Sequence record: OZ035850
From: Escherichia phage vB_Eco_TB37
Length of the DNA: 64,000 nt
Strand: one strand, 5' to 3'
Below are positions 32,639 to 45,135 of this stretch, piece by piece; the first letter of the stretch is position 1; each line of letters starts with the position of its first letter. The notes under the pieces were generated by a model. That model had not been told where the DNA came from. It ran no database searches and was given only the letters and a program-made list of their open reading frames with translations. The translations under genes were made by a program, and so were the position numbers.

Positions 32639-32887
32639 TTACTTCAATGTTACCACAAAGTGACGAACTGCTTTTCGTGCAGCAGAAGCCAGAGGCTTAG
32701 CATACTTAAGTTCATCTTTTTCCTGAAGCTCAGCAGCTAATGCAGTTTGAGCAGGATTCAGATGTTTGAAATAACGCAGGATTTCAAGAGCTTCGGCTTC
32801 AACATCAATAGATGCGCCATAGTTTTCGTGACCATTATTCCATGCGTTTCGTTGCAGTTCAAGAGCGTGTTGTAATTGTTTAATCAT
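32639..32887 (-). CDS. rIII: rIII lysis inhibition accessory protein
   Basis: 82 aa, position upstream of gene 31 as in T4. Confidence 0.8.
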   Translation of the reverse strand: MIKQLQHALELQRNAWNNGHENYGASIDVEAEALEILRYFKHLNPAQTALAAELQEKDELKYAKPLASAARKAVRHFVVTLK

Positions 32888-33026
32888 TTAAAAATTCTCG
32901 TTAGAGATTAAAACTCGGTAGTCACGTTCTTCTGAATTTCATCTTCTTTCGACAGATCTCTCAGTTGTAGACTACCACATAGAATTGTTCGGTTAACTTA
33001 TTATTCCGACACCCAATTCATATTAT

Positions 33027-33034
33027 TATTTATA
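33027..33034 (-). promoter_or_regulatory. Possible late promoter motif (minus strand) between gene 31 and rIII
   Basis: Plus-strand TATTTATA; overlaps last codons of gene 31. Confidence 0.3.
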
Positions 33035-33370
33035 TCACTTATAAAGACACGGAATAGCTTTATAGTGACAAGTAACGAATTTTTGTTTAATTTCTTTTGG
33101 CTGCTTAAGACCCAGAGCTACAAAAGGATGCGGAACATTTCGAATTTGACCAACTGGAAGAGAAGTCAAATCACCAACTTCGCAGAAACCTTCAGGAACA
33201 TCAGGACCAACAGAGTGAACTACACACAATTCAGGAACTTCACCTTGAACACGTTTACCAATAATAAGCCCTGATTCTGTGACTTCTTCATCGCCAGCTT
33301 GTGCAGGTTCAGAAACTAAAATAACATATTCACCGACAGCACGAATTGGTAGCTGTTGTACTTCAGACAT
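33035..33370 (-). CDS. 31: Co-chaperonin gp31 (GroES analogue)
   Basis: 111 aa, sequence as T4 gp31. Confidence 0.9.
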
Positions 33371-33426
33371 CGTTTTTCCTTTTTGTTAACAGATGAATTA
33401 ATAATAACAAATAATTCTTAAAGCAT

Positions 33427-33735
33427 TTATTTACCAATAAATTGAAGCAAATGCTCAACTTTCATACCATTAACGGAAATCAATTTGTCAATAGAAAAAC
33501 CTCGCCACGCACCAAGCTCAACATCAAATACTGGAATCATATCAGTAGATTCTTTCCGAGTAGATTCAGTCAATTTACCAGTTTGCATGGTTGGCATAAA
33601 GTCAGCATCACGAGTGCCTTTCATAGTACGAATAGTACCATCAGACTTTTCAAAAACTACGTTTGAAACCCCCATGGACAATTTAGTTTTCAAAATTTCA
33701 CGAATTGCTACTTTTTGTTCAGTCGTTAGTTTCAT
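33427..33735 (-). CDS. Hypothetical protein (position of T4 31.1)
   Basis: 102-aa ORF. Confidence 0.6.
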   Translation of the reverse strand: MKLTTEQKVAIREILKTKLSMGVSNVVFEKSDGTIRTMKGTRDADFMPTMQTGKLTESTRKESTDMIPVFDVELGAWRGFSIDKLISVNGMKVEHLLQFIGK

Positions 33736-33972
33736 TTATTTACCTATTACAGTTTTAATATGGGTTGTTCCACGTTCTTTAAGAGTGGAAAGCAATTTTT
33801 GGCATTTTTCTAAATCAGATTTCCAACTATACGGCCTATCAATACAAACCCATTCTGACTTATAATACTGCTTCCATTTAGAGAAAAAATATTTCTTATA
33901 CTCTACAGCAAATGAAATATTCTCGTTAGAATAAGAACTAATTGCTGTGAGCTGTACCAAGCGAAATTTCAT
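33736..33972 (-). CDS. Hypothetical protein (position of T4 31.2)
   Basis: 78-aa ORF. Confidence 0.55.
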   Translation of the reverse strand: MKFRLVQLTAISSYSNENISFAVEYKKYFFSKWKQYYKSEWVCIDRPYSWKSDLEKCQKLLSTLKERGTTHIKTVIGK

Positions 33973-34553
33973 TATTCACCACAGAATTCGTTGATATTTT
34001 CCCAGTTTAACTTATTCAAGTTTTTCTTAGGAACATTAAACACTTCAATACCCGCATTTCGCAGAATATCATCCCAGCCAGGTTTATTTTTATCATATGT
34101 TTCACAATAAACCAGCTTTTTAATACCAGATTGAGCTATCGCTTTTGCACAATCTGGGCATGGAGAAAGTGTTACATACATAGTAGCACCTTCAATTGAA
34201 GAACCGTTTCGTGCAGCAAACAAAATCGCATTTAGTTCAGCATGAATTTCATTTTTAGACGACCATTCAGAGTGAGCGCTACGGTGTTCTTTCGCCAAGA
34301 CAAAACGATCAGTTGAACCAAACGATACGCATTCGGGCTTATGACCTTGAATGATAGTATGTTTAGGCTTATTCAGCAACCAACCTTGCTCAGCAGCATA
34401 ATCACAACAGTTCACACCCCCGGCAGGTGAACCATTATATCCGGTAGAAATAATACGTCCATTCTTTTCAATTACTGCTCCTACCTTCCAGGAGCAACAT
34501 TTTGATTCTTGTGATACTAAATATGCAATTTGAAGTACTGTACTCGCTTTCAT
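33972..34553 (-). CDS. cd: dCMP deaminase
   Basis: 193 aa; zinc-binding HAELNAI and PCPDCAK deaminase motifs. Confidence 0.92.
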   Translation of the reverse strand: MKASTVLQIAYLVSQESKCCSWKVGAVIEKNGRIISTGYNGSPAGGVNCCDYAAEQGWLLNKPKHTIIQGHKPECVSFGSTDRFVLAKEHRSAHSEWSSKNEIHAELNAILFAARNGSSIEGATMYVTLSPCPDCAKAIAQSGIKKLVYCETYDKNKPGWDDILRNAGIEVFNVPKKNLNKLNWENINEFCGE

Positions 34554-34888
34554 TTCATAATCACCAGATAAGCAGATTTAGCAGTTTCAACACGATAAAT
34601 TTCGTGACGAAGTTTAGTTATACTTTTAATAACAGAACTAATTATATTCTGCCCATCTTTAAAGCGGTTTTTCTTATCAATAAAAATTGCGCCAACCATC
34701 TTTTTGTGAAGCTCAACTGGATACTTCGTCACAATAATAGCATCATACACAGAAGGATGAATACTATTCACTAGAGTGTCATTCATTAAAGTTATTCTAA
34801 TGAACTGTGCTGTTTCAGAGTCAAGCGCTCTATGATCGCCAGTATCATTTTCAAGACAATTATCAATTATATCAGTTAAATTCATCAT
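34550..34888 (-). CDS. Hypothetical protein (position of T4 cd.1)
   Basis: 112-aa ORF coupled to cd. Confidence 0.6.
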   Translation of the reverse strand: MMNLTDIIDNCLENDTGDHRALDSETAQFIRITLMNDTLVNSIHPSVYDAIIVTKYPVELHKKMVGAIFIDKKNRFKDGQNIISSVIKSITKLRHEIYRVETAKSAYLVIMK

Positions 34889-35121
34889 AGTACGCCATAC
34901 ACCCTTTGTGCTTCAACTAATCCATCAAAATCCAATTTGAGATGTGTTATTTGATCACCATCACCTGGATTCACAATTACTAATACTGAACGAGGAGTTT
35001 CGGTAATAACGCGAACCGATGTTTCTGGAAATCGTTCAGAAACCTTATTTACCAATTCCTGAGCAAATAGTTTAACTTTTTCTTGGAATTCTTTAACAGT
35101 AATTGGTTTTTCACTTAGCAT
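34885..35121 (-). CDS. Hypothetical protein (position of T4 cd.2)
   Basis: 78 aa, GAGGA RBS, early-type promoter upstream. Confidence 0.6.
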   Translation of the reverse strand: MLSEKPITVKEFQEKVKLFAQELVNKVSERFPETSVRVITETPRSVLVIVNPGDGDQITHLKLDFDGLVEAQRVYGVL

Positions 35122-35151
35122 TTTGTTTTCCTCATTTGTTTCGGTAGAGCT

Positions 35152-35181
35152 ATAATATCACAACTCTACCACAAAGTAAAC
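35152..35181 (-). promoter_or_regulatory. Early sigma70-type promoter (GTTTAC, 18 bp, TATTAT) upstream of the cd.2-position ORF
   Basis: Hexamers on minus strand. Confidence 0.55.
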
Positions 35182-35185
35182 TATA

Positions 35186-35461
35186 TTAAATTGCTTTGAA
35201 TTCTGATGTCTGCGATTCAAAACGAATATCACCTTTGATGACTAACTCAGCGTCAAGACCGAATACGACAATGATATGCGCGGAACCTGGATACAGCGTA
35301 ATGGCAATAGAATCCACCTGGTCTGGAAGCAAAGTGTTCAATACATGAGTCACTTGAGCATGAATTCGAAGCTCGGCTGCGTTATCAAGCTTTTCAAACA
35401 TATTATTAGCAATAATTTGGCTAAACACTACTTCTACGATTTTAGAATAAGTCGGAAACAT
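35186..35461 (-). CDS. Hypothetical protein (position of T4 cd.3)
   Basis: 91-aa ORF. Confidence 0.55.
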   Translation of the reverse strand: MFPTYSKIVEVVFSQIIANNMFEKLDNAAELRIHAQVTHVLNTLLPDQVDSIAITLYPGSAHIIVVFGLDAELVIKGDIRFESQTSEFKAI

Positions 35462-35463
35462 AT

Positions 35464-35656
35464 TTACCTCACATAATTTTCTTCAAGCCAATCAATAACA
35501 TCTAACGCATTATCAAAAGTTGAACCATCTACTTTGTCTTCTGTTTCATAATCAAGAACATCTAAGCCTACTCTTCCATTAACAATAGGCCATAAACAAA
35601 ATAAATATTTCTTTTCTTTTTCAATTTTATCACAAAGTTGATAAATCTTTTCTATG

Positions 35657-35664
<8 letters not shown>
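35464..35664 (-). CDS. Hypothetical protein (position of T4 cd.4)
   Basis: 66-aa ORF. Confidence 0.55.
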
Positions 35665-37079
<1,415 letters not shown>

Positions 37080-37082
37080 TTA

Positions 37083-37307
37083 TTATTTCTCAACCAATGA
37101 TTGAATATAATCATGCAGGTCTTTAGATGCTTTACCCCACTTATTTTGGTATTCATTTTTAAGATTAGCACGTGATTGAGCTAATAAAACATCATTAGTT
37201 GGAGGTAAAGATTCTAACCGCTGAATCTGGCGTCCATAAATCATTGCAGCCATCTCGGATTCATAAATCAATCCTTTGAGATGTTCAAATTGATGCCATG
37301 AAATCAT
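37083..37307 (-). CDS. Hypothetical protein, 74 aa (position of T4 pseT.1)
   Basis: ORF. Confidence 0.5.
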   Translation of the reverse strand: MISWHQFEHLKGLIYESEMAAMIYGRQIQRLESLPPTNDVLLAQSRANLKNEYQNKWGKASKDLHDYIQSLVEK

Positions 37308-37603
37308 TTACATTTATCCTCTTTTAACTCTTGACGATAATAACATATCATAGTTTTCTGGTCATGTACATATCGTTTTACATCATTAAGCCAAATACGA
37401 AATTCCTGGGAATCTTCAAATGGCATACCGACCCAAGCTTTACCATCGATAACTTTAACTTGCCAAGATAGTTTAGCTTCATCATATGACTTTATTTGTA
37501 CAGGCCAATTAGGATGAACTGTTTCTTTCTTTACTTCTAGAGGCTTTGTCGAACAACCAACTAGAAGACCAATAGATAATATTACTGCTGATAGTTTAAT
37601 CAT
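37304..37603 (-). CDS. Putative outer-membrane spanin lipoprotein (position of T4 pseT.2)
   Basis: 99 aa, signal peptide with lipobox LVGC, coupled to upstream membrane protein. Confidence 0.6.
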   Translation of the reverse strand: MIKLSAVILSIGLLVGCSTKPLEVKKETVHPNWPVQIKSYDEAKLSWQVKVIDGKAWVGMPFEDSQEFRIWLNDVKRYVHDQKTMICYYRQELKEDKCK

Positions 37604-37953
37604 TTAGAAAGGTCCTGGATGTCTTCTGCGAACTTGTTGAAGGAGTTGTTGATTTGTTTTTCAACCAATCCTGGCTTACGAGCCACCACATCCGCCTTCT
37701 TTGCATCTTTGCGCAGTTTTTCATTTTCACGCTCAATAGCAGCAATTGCCTCACGATTTTTATTATTCATCGCATCAATATAATTATACTGAATTCGCAA
37801 ATTATTTAATGCTAAGGCGTTTTCATTGGCCGTTTTTGTAATTTCAGTAACTGATGTTTCTAATCTTTCTACCTTATTTTTTAAAATAATAGATGTTCCA
37901 CCAAATACTATTACAAGTAATAGCAAACCTGCTGTCGTATTACTTAATTGCAT
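37600..37953 (-). CDS. Putative inner-membrane spanin (position of T4 pseT.3)
   Basis: 117 aa, N-terminal TM helix (LLLLVIVFGGTSIIL) followed by coiled-coil-like region. Confidence 0.6.
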   Translation of the reverse strand: MQLSNTTAGLLLLVIVFGGTSIILKNKVERLETSVTEITKTANENALALNNLRIQYNYIDAMNNKNREAIAAIERENEKLRKDAKKADVVARKPGLVEKQINNSFNKFAEDIQDLSK

Positions 37954-38450
37954 AAAGTTTTAATAACCTCTATAATATCGTCTTGAGAAAGACCGTTAAT
38001 TAAAATATGATGTTCCGCCGGAGATTTAGAAATTTTAAAGCATGCCGCAACATCTTCTGCCATATCCGATGCGCTACGATTTGGATTACTAATTCCAAGA
38101 CGATGTTTTCCCGTTAAAGGATTAACGATAATATAGCATTTACAGCTATTGATATGAACATTAGGTTGAGTCTGATTAATGAACACTTCACAATCATACT
38201 TAGCGAGTTGATTTTCTAAAAAGACTTTCATCTCCTCAACTGCATCAGGAAGCATATCACGGGCTTGCTCAAGACGACGATTTCGATATTCTTTAATGGT
38301 CGTTTTCCGCTTGACTTGCTTAGCTAAATCTTTCTTAAGATCGGTGATATATCCAACTCGCCGATTTCCTTTAAATACAGAAATCCCATCTGTAGTATCA
38401 CCGTATGCTTCAACGACCATTTCAGTAGTAATAAGCTGCAAATCCATCAT
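37944..38450 (-). CDS. alc: Alc, inhibitor of host transcription on cytosine DNA
   Basis: 167-168 aa, position between pseT region and rnlA, early promoter upstream. Confidence 0.75.
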   Translation of the reverse strand: MMDLQLITTEMVVEAYGDTTDGISVFKGNRRVGYITDLKKDLAKQVKRKTTIKEYRNRRLEQARDMLPDAVEEMKVFLENQLAKYDCEVFINQTQPNVHINSCKCYIIVNPLTGKHRLGISNPNRSASDMAEDVAACFKISKSPAEHHILINGLSQDDIIEVIKTLCN

Positions 38451-38478
38451 AAAGTCCTCATGTTATGTTAGTAAGACT

Positions 38479-38508
38479 ACTATAACACAACACGAGGGAC
38501 TTGTAAAC
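38479..38508 (-). promoter_or_regulatory. Early sigma70-type promoter (GTTTAC, 18 bp, TATAGT) upstream of alc
   Basis: Near-identical copy of the 23135..23164 promoter plus leader. Confidence 0.65.
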
Positions 38509-38511
38509 AAC

Positions 38512-40099
<1,588 letters not shown>

Positions 40100-40126
40100 A
40101 ATAAAATGGGCCTTGCGGCCCACTCC

Positions 40127-41305
40127 TTAAAAGTATTTTTTAAAACTCATCATAACTTTATCATCAACATCATTATCAATCTGTGCAACAAGGTAAGATG
40201 ACAGTTCTACTTCTTGTGGCGCGGATTGAACATTATCAGAATTAAGATATTCACGAATCCAAGGATATGGATGTTTAACCGGAGCATCGGTAATCGGGCA
40301 TGGAAGACCACACTGTTTCATACGAGATACAGTTAAGTAATCAATAAAGCTCCACATGCTATTTGTATTTAATCCAGGAACATCGCCATCTTTAAATAAA
40401 TGAACTGCCCAATCTTTTTCTTGGCGGTTAACTTCCATGAAAATATCAACTGCTTCTTGTTCACACTCTTGAGCAATTTTAACCCATTCATCGCCATCAG
40501 TGCCAAGTTGAAGTTGACGAATAATATATTGAGTGCCTTTAAGGTGAAGCTGCTCATCACGTGCAATGAACTTCATAATCTTGGCATTACCTTCCATGAT
40601 TTCCATGTTCTTATGGAAGTTAAAGGTACATGCGAAAGATACATAAAAACGAATAGCTTCCAATGCGTTGATTACATGCAAACAGAGGTAAAGAGATTTC
40701 ATTAGCTCATGCTTCCAATACGTCTCATGCTCAATAGCATCTTCAATAACGTCTTCGTCTGCATTAATTTCTTTTTGGTATTCGATATCAGCTTTAGCGT
40801 TTTCCCAATAACGAGTTTTAATCAGAACATCATCATAATAACGTCCAATGGATTCAGCACGTTTCATAATAGCTTCATCTAATACAATTTCATCAAATAC
40901 CTTCGATGGATCAGTATAAAGATTTCGCATGATATGTGTATATGAACGGCTGTGAATAGTTTCACTAAAAGTCCACGTAGCAACCCATGTATCAAGGCTT
41001 GGGTCTGAAATTAATGACATAAGTACAGCAGACGGCGCACGACCCTGAATGCTATCCAAAAGTGATTGATACTTCAGGTTATTAGTAAAAATATTCTGCT
41101 GATACTGAGGAAGTTTATTAAATTGTGCAGCATCCATCATCAAGTTTACTTCTTCAGGACGCCAGAAAAATGATAATTGCTTTTCAGTCAAATCTTCAAA
41201 AACTTTATGGCGTTGAATATCATAACGCGCAATACCAAGACCTGAACCGAAGAACATAGGTTCTTTTAAAACATCAACTGGATTTGTATTAAAAACTGTG
41301 CTCAT
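40127..41305 (-). CDS. nrdB: Ribonucleotide reductase small subunit, uninterrupted
   Basis: 392 aa, di-iron ligand motifs, synteny with nrdA. Confidence 0.9.
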   Translation of the reverse strand: MSTVFNTNPVDVLKEPMFFGSGLGIARYDIQRHKVFEDLTEKQLSFFWRPEEVNLMMDAAQFNKLPQYQQNIFTNNLKYQSLLDSIQGRAPSAVLMSLISDPSLDTWVATWTFSETIHSRSYTHIMRNLYTDPSKVFDEIVLDEAIMKRAESIGRYYDDVLIKTRYWENAKADIEYQKEINADEDVIEDAIEHETYWKHELMKSLYLCLHVINALEAIRFYVSFACTFNFHKNMEIMEGNAKIMKFIARDEQLHLKGTQYIIRQLQLGTDGDEWVKIAQECEQEAVDIFMEVNRQEKDWAVHLFKDGDVPGLNTNSMWSFIDYLTVSRMKQCGLPCPITDAPVKHPYPWIREYLNSDNVQSAPQEVELSSYLVAQIDNDVDDKVMMSFKKYF

Positions 41306-41356
41306 AAATTTTCCGCTTAGTTAATAGTTGGTGACTCGTCCGTGAGTCAAATTATA

Positions 41357-43621
41357 TCATAATTTACAGGATGAACAATCTTCAGCTTTTGGAGTTTCTA
41401 TTTCATAATCATCAGTACCAGAACCATCGCGGGTATTATGATAATAGAAATTTTTTCCGCCAAAATACCAAAAATACAAAAGGTCATCAATCATTATTGA
41501 CATTGGAACCTTGCCTTTAGGGAAGATTTGGGGGTCATAGTATGTATTCGCCGAAGCTGATTGACAAACCCATTTCAGCATAATAGCTACCTGCGTAAGA
41601 TAAGGTTTATTACCTTTCTTAGCTAATTTCCATGTATAGTCGTAAAGGTCTATGTTATGCTCAATATTGGGCACGACTTGATTAAAGGAGCCCTCTTTTG
41701 ATTCTTTAACAGAGACTGGTCCACGTGGAGGCTCGATACCGTTTGTACTGTTAGAAACTTGGGAAGATGACTCACATGGCATAAGTGCTGATAATGTGCT
41801 ATTACGGATGCCAAAGAGCTTAAGGTCTTCCCGCAGCGACGACCAGTCACAAACGTATTTTGGAGCTGCGATTTGGTCAATCTTTTTATTGTACCAGTCG
41901 ATAGGTAATTCGCCTCGAGACCAACGAGTGTCTGAATAATATTCGCAAGGTCCTTTTTCTTTGGCGAGCTTAATGGATGCTTTAATGAGTCCATACTGTA
42001 ATCTCTCAAATAGTTCATGTGTTAAATCGTTAGCATCTTCATAAGAAGCAAAGTTACTTGCCAGCCAAGCTGCATAGTTAGTAACACCTACACCAAGGTT
42101 TCGACGCTTTTTAGCTTTTTCTGCTTCAGGAACTGGATATCCTTGGTAATCCAAAAGATTATCAAGAGCACGAACTTGAACTTCTGCCAATTCATTAATT
42201 TTATCTTGGTCTTGCCAATCAAAGTTATCCAGCACAAATGCAGATAATGTACACAATCCAATTTCAGCATCAGGACTATTCACATCATTTGTTGGAATAG
42301 CAATTTCACAGCACAAGTTGCTCTGACGAATAGGTGCCTTTTCACGAATAAATGGCGTATAGTTATTCGTATTATCAATGAACTGCACATAAATCCTTGC
42401 TGTTCCTGAGCGTTCAGTCATGAGCAATTCAAATAGTTCACGGGCTTTAATGCGCTTTTTACGAATATTAGGGTCTTTTTCTGCTGCTTCGTATAATTCA
42501 CGGAAACGGTCTTGGTCTTTAAAATAAGAATAATAAAGCTCGCCACCCATTTCATGCGGACTGAACAAAGTAATGTAATCATTCTTTCCAAAACGTTCCA
42601 TCATTAGATCATTCAGTTGAACACCATAATCCATATGACGGATACGGTTTTCTTCTACACCTTTGTTATTTTTCAAAACGAGAAGATTTTCAACTTCCAA
42701 ATGCCAAATAGGATAATAAGCAGTAGCAGCGCCGCCACGAATTCCACCCTGTGAGCATGATTTAACAGCAGTCTGAAAATGTTTCCAAAAAGGAATAACA
42801 CCAGTATGGCGTACTTCACCCATGCCAATCTTAGAACCTTCGGCACGAATCATACCAACGTTAATACCAATTCCAGCGCGTTTGGAGATATATTCAACAA
42901 TTGAAGCAGAAGCCTTATTGATAGACTTTAATGAATCACCTGCCTCAATAACAACGCATGAACTAAACTGCCGAGTTGGAGTACGGCAACCAGCCATAAT
43001 AGGAGTTGGTAATGAAATCTGTCGAGTAGATACTGCTTCATAAAAACGAATAACGTGTTTTAATCTATCAACAGGTTCATCTTGATGCAATGCCATTCCA
43101 ATAGTCATAAATGCAAACTGTGGAGTTTCATAAATTTGACCAGTGGTTTTATCTTTAACTAGATATTTTTCTTTTAATTGCATCGCCCCGGAATAAGTAA
43201 ATTCCATATCCCGCTCATGCTTAATTTTTGATTCTAAAAATGTAATTTCTTCGGCAGAATATTTTGACAACAGTTCAGGGTCATATTTACCTTCATTTAC
43301 ACAGTAAGAAATATGGTCAATAAATGAACGTGGTTCATACTGCCCGTAAACATGCTTACGAAGAGCGAACATTAAACAGCGTGCAGCTACATATTGGTAA
43401 TCAGGCTCTTCAACTGAAATAGAATTCGCAGCAGCCTTAATTACAATGGTTTGAATGTCATCAGTGGTCATTCCATCACGGAGATATGATTTAATATTTT
43501 CATATAATTCATAAGGATCTACAGATGTTCCTTCAGCTGCCCAAGATAAAACTTTAATAATTTTTTGTGGGTCAAAGCTCTGAGAAACACCACTACTTTT
43601 GATAACATTAATTAATTGCAT
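41357..43621 (-). CDS. nrdA: Ribonucleotide reductase large subunit
   Basis: 754 aa, ATP-cone N-terminus, catalytic Cys motifs, C-terminal CSSC-type tail. Confidence 0.93.
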   Translation of the reverse strand: MQLINVIKSSGVSQSFDPQKIIKVLSWAAEGTSVDPYELYENIKSYLRDGMTTDDIQTIVIKAAANSISVEEPDYQYVAARCLMFALRKHVYGQYEPRSFIDHISYCVNEGKYDPELLSKYSAEEITFLESKIKHERDMEFTYSGAMQLKEKYLVKDKTTGQIYETPQFAFMTIGMALHQDEPVDRLKHVIRFYEAVSTRQISLPTPIMAGCRTPTRQFSSCVVIEAGDSLKSINKASASIVEYISKRAGIGINVGMIRAEGSKIGMGEVRHTGVIPFWKHFQTAVKSCSQGGIRGGAATAYYPIWHLEVENLLVLKNNKGVEENRIRHMDYGVQLNDLMMERFGKNDYITLFSPHEMGGELYYSYFKDQDRFRELYEAAEKDPNIRKKRIKARELFELLMTERSGTARIYVQFIDNTNNYTPFIREKAPIRQSNLCCEIAIPTNDVNSPDAEIGLCTLSAFVLDNFDWQDQDKINELAEVQVRALDNLLDYQGYPVPEAEKAKKRRNLGVGVTNYAAWLASNFASYEDANDLTHELFERLQYGLIKASIKLAKEKGPCEYYSDTRWSRGELPIDWYNKKIDQIAAPKYVCDWSSLREDLKLFGIRNSTLSALMPCESSSQVSNSTNGIEPPRGPVSVKESKEGSFNQVVPNIEHNIDLYDYTWKLAKKGNKPYLTQVAIMLKWVCQSASANTYYDPQIFPKGKVPMSIMIDDLLYFWYFGGKNFYYHNTRDGSGTDDYEIETPKAEDCSSCKL

Positions 43622-43737
43622 AAGTCCTCAACTTGAAAATCGTCTTTAAACAATCGGTCTGAGAAACACCACTACTTTTGATAACATTAATTAATTGCAT
43701 AAGTCCTCAACTTGAAAATCGTCTTTAAACAATCGGT
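43579..43737. repeat. Perfect tandem duplication of a 79-bp unit spanning the nrdA RBS and first 14 codons
   Basis: Unit at 43580..43658 is identical base for base to 43659..43737. Confidence 0.85.
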
Positions 43738-44017
43738 TAACTATATGAGCTATTATATCACCATGACACGGCTTTGGTTTACATGTGCATCCTAGCCTCA
43801 TTCCACGTAAAGGCTCTAAATGTGCTTTAGTTATTTCTCCGGATTTAATTCGACGTATAAAATCTTTTTTGAATAATTCAATGGCAGCCTCCCGGCTGCC
43901 AGCATCTTTACCGACGTAATTTCCCCAAAATGTACCGCGGTGAATATTAACATCAAAGTCGGATTTGTATTTATTCACTACCCGGCATAGACGGCCCACG
44001 CTGGAATAATTCGTCAT
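43691..44017 (-). CDS. Hypothetical protein with conserved WGNY and CxC...CHGD motifs (position of T4 nrdA.1)
   Basis: 108-aa ORF, ATG start; 3' end lies in the duplicated 79-bp unit. Confidence 0.6.
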
Positions 44018-44234
44018 ATTGTTTTTCCGTTAATACAGTAATATCATAGTAACAATCGGAAGAAGTTTTAACTGTGGAAATTTTATTATCAAAATACTCA
44101 CGAGTCATTTTATGAGTATAGTATTTTTTACCATAAATGGTAATAGGCTGTTCTGGTCCTGGAACTTCTAACTCGCTTGGGTTAGGAAGTGTAAAAAGAA
44201 CAACGCCAGAAGTATCTTTAAATCGTAAAATCAT
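43971..44234 (-). CDS. Hypothetical protein, 87 aa (position of T4 nrdA.2)
   Basis: ORF, ATGA overlap with td stop. Confidence 0.55.
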
Positions 44235-45091
44235 ATTGCCATTTTCCCTTTAATTGCTGGATGCGATTCATAATTTTCAAGGATAAAATCTTTCGGTTTC
44301 ATGTATTCAGTTAACCAGTAAAGCTGTGTTTCGGTGTCACAATTTCCAAACTCTATAGGCCAATCAATTTTAAGTTCACACAGTTCTTTAGGCTCACGAC
44401 GTAAAATTTCTTTACATTGCGCAGTATGATTCATATAGATGTGAGTATTACCACCAGAAAATATCAAATCTCCTGGGATAAGATTACACATCTTAGCCAC
44501 AATATGCGTCAAGGCAGCGTACGAGGCAATGTTGAATGGCAAGCCCAAGAAAACATCTACACTTCTTTGGTACCATTGTAAATCAAGATAACCATTACGC
44601 ACATTAAACTGATAGAACATATGACAGGGCGGTAATGCCATTTGATTGATTTCAGCTGGATTCCATGCTGAAACGATTTGACGTCGATCAGTTGGTAATT
44701 TTTTAATACGATCAATAGTTTCAACTAATTGATCCACACCACCGAAATCACGCCATTGTTTACCGTATATAGGACCAAGTTCACCACTATGATATCCTAG
44801 GTCTTTAGCCTGGTTTTCATAGTTATCGTCCCAAATAGTTTTACCTTGAATAAGACTGCCATGAGTGCGAAGACGTAAATCATTAACATTGGTAGAACCG
44901 GAAATAAACCATAGAAGCTCAGCAATGCATGCATTCCAGGCGAGCTTTTTAGTTGTTATTGCAGGAAAACCTTTTGTTAAATCCCAACGCAATTTAGTAC
45001 CGAACAAAGCAATTGTTCCTGTGCCTGTTCGGTCATCGGTTTCATAGCCATTTTCAAAAATGTCTTTAATTAAATCTTGGTATTGTTTCAT
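44231..45091 (-). CDS. td: Thymidylate synthase, uninterrupted (no intron)
   Basis: 286 aa, active-site PPCH motif, continuous ORF. Confidence 0.93.
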
Positions 45092-45135
45092 TTAGTACCT
45101 TATATAAATTATAATACATTTTATGAAGCTAATAA

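Noticed and set aside
43579-43737. Tandem 79-bp repeat considered as a CRISPR or attachment-type repeat
   Set aside because: Only two perfectly identical adjacent copies with no spacers; it duplicates a gene start region. Kept as a finding, not as CRISPR.
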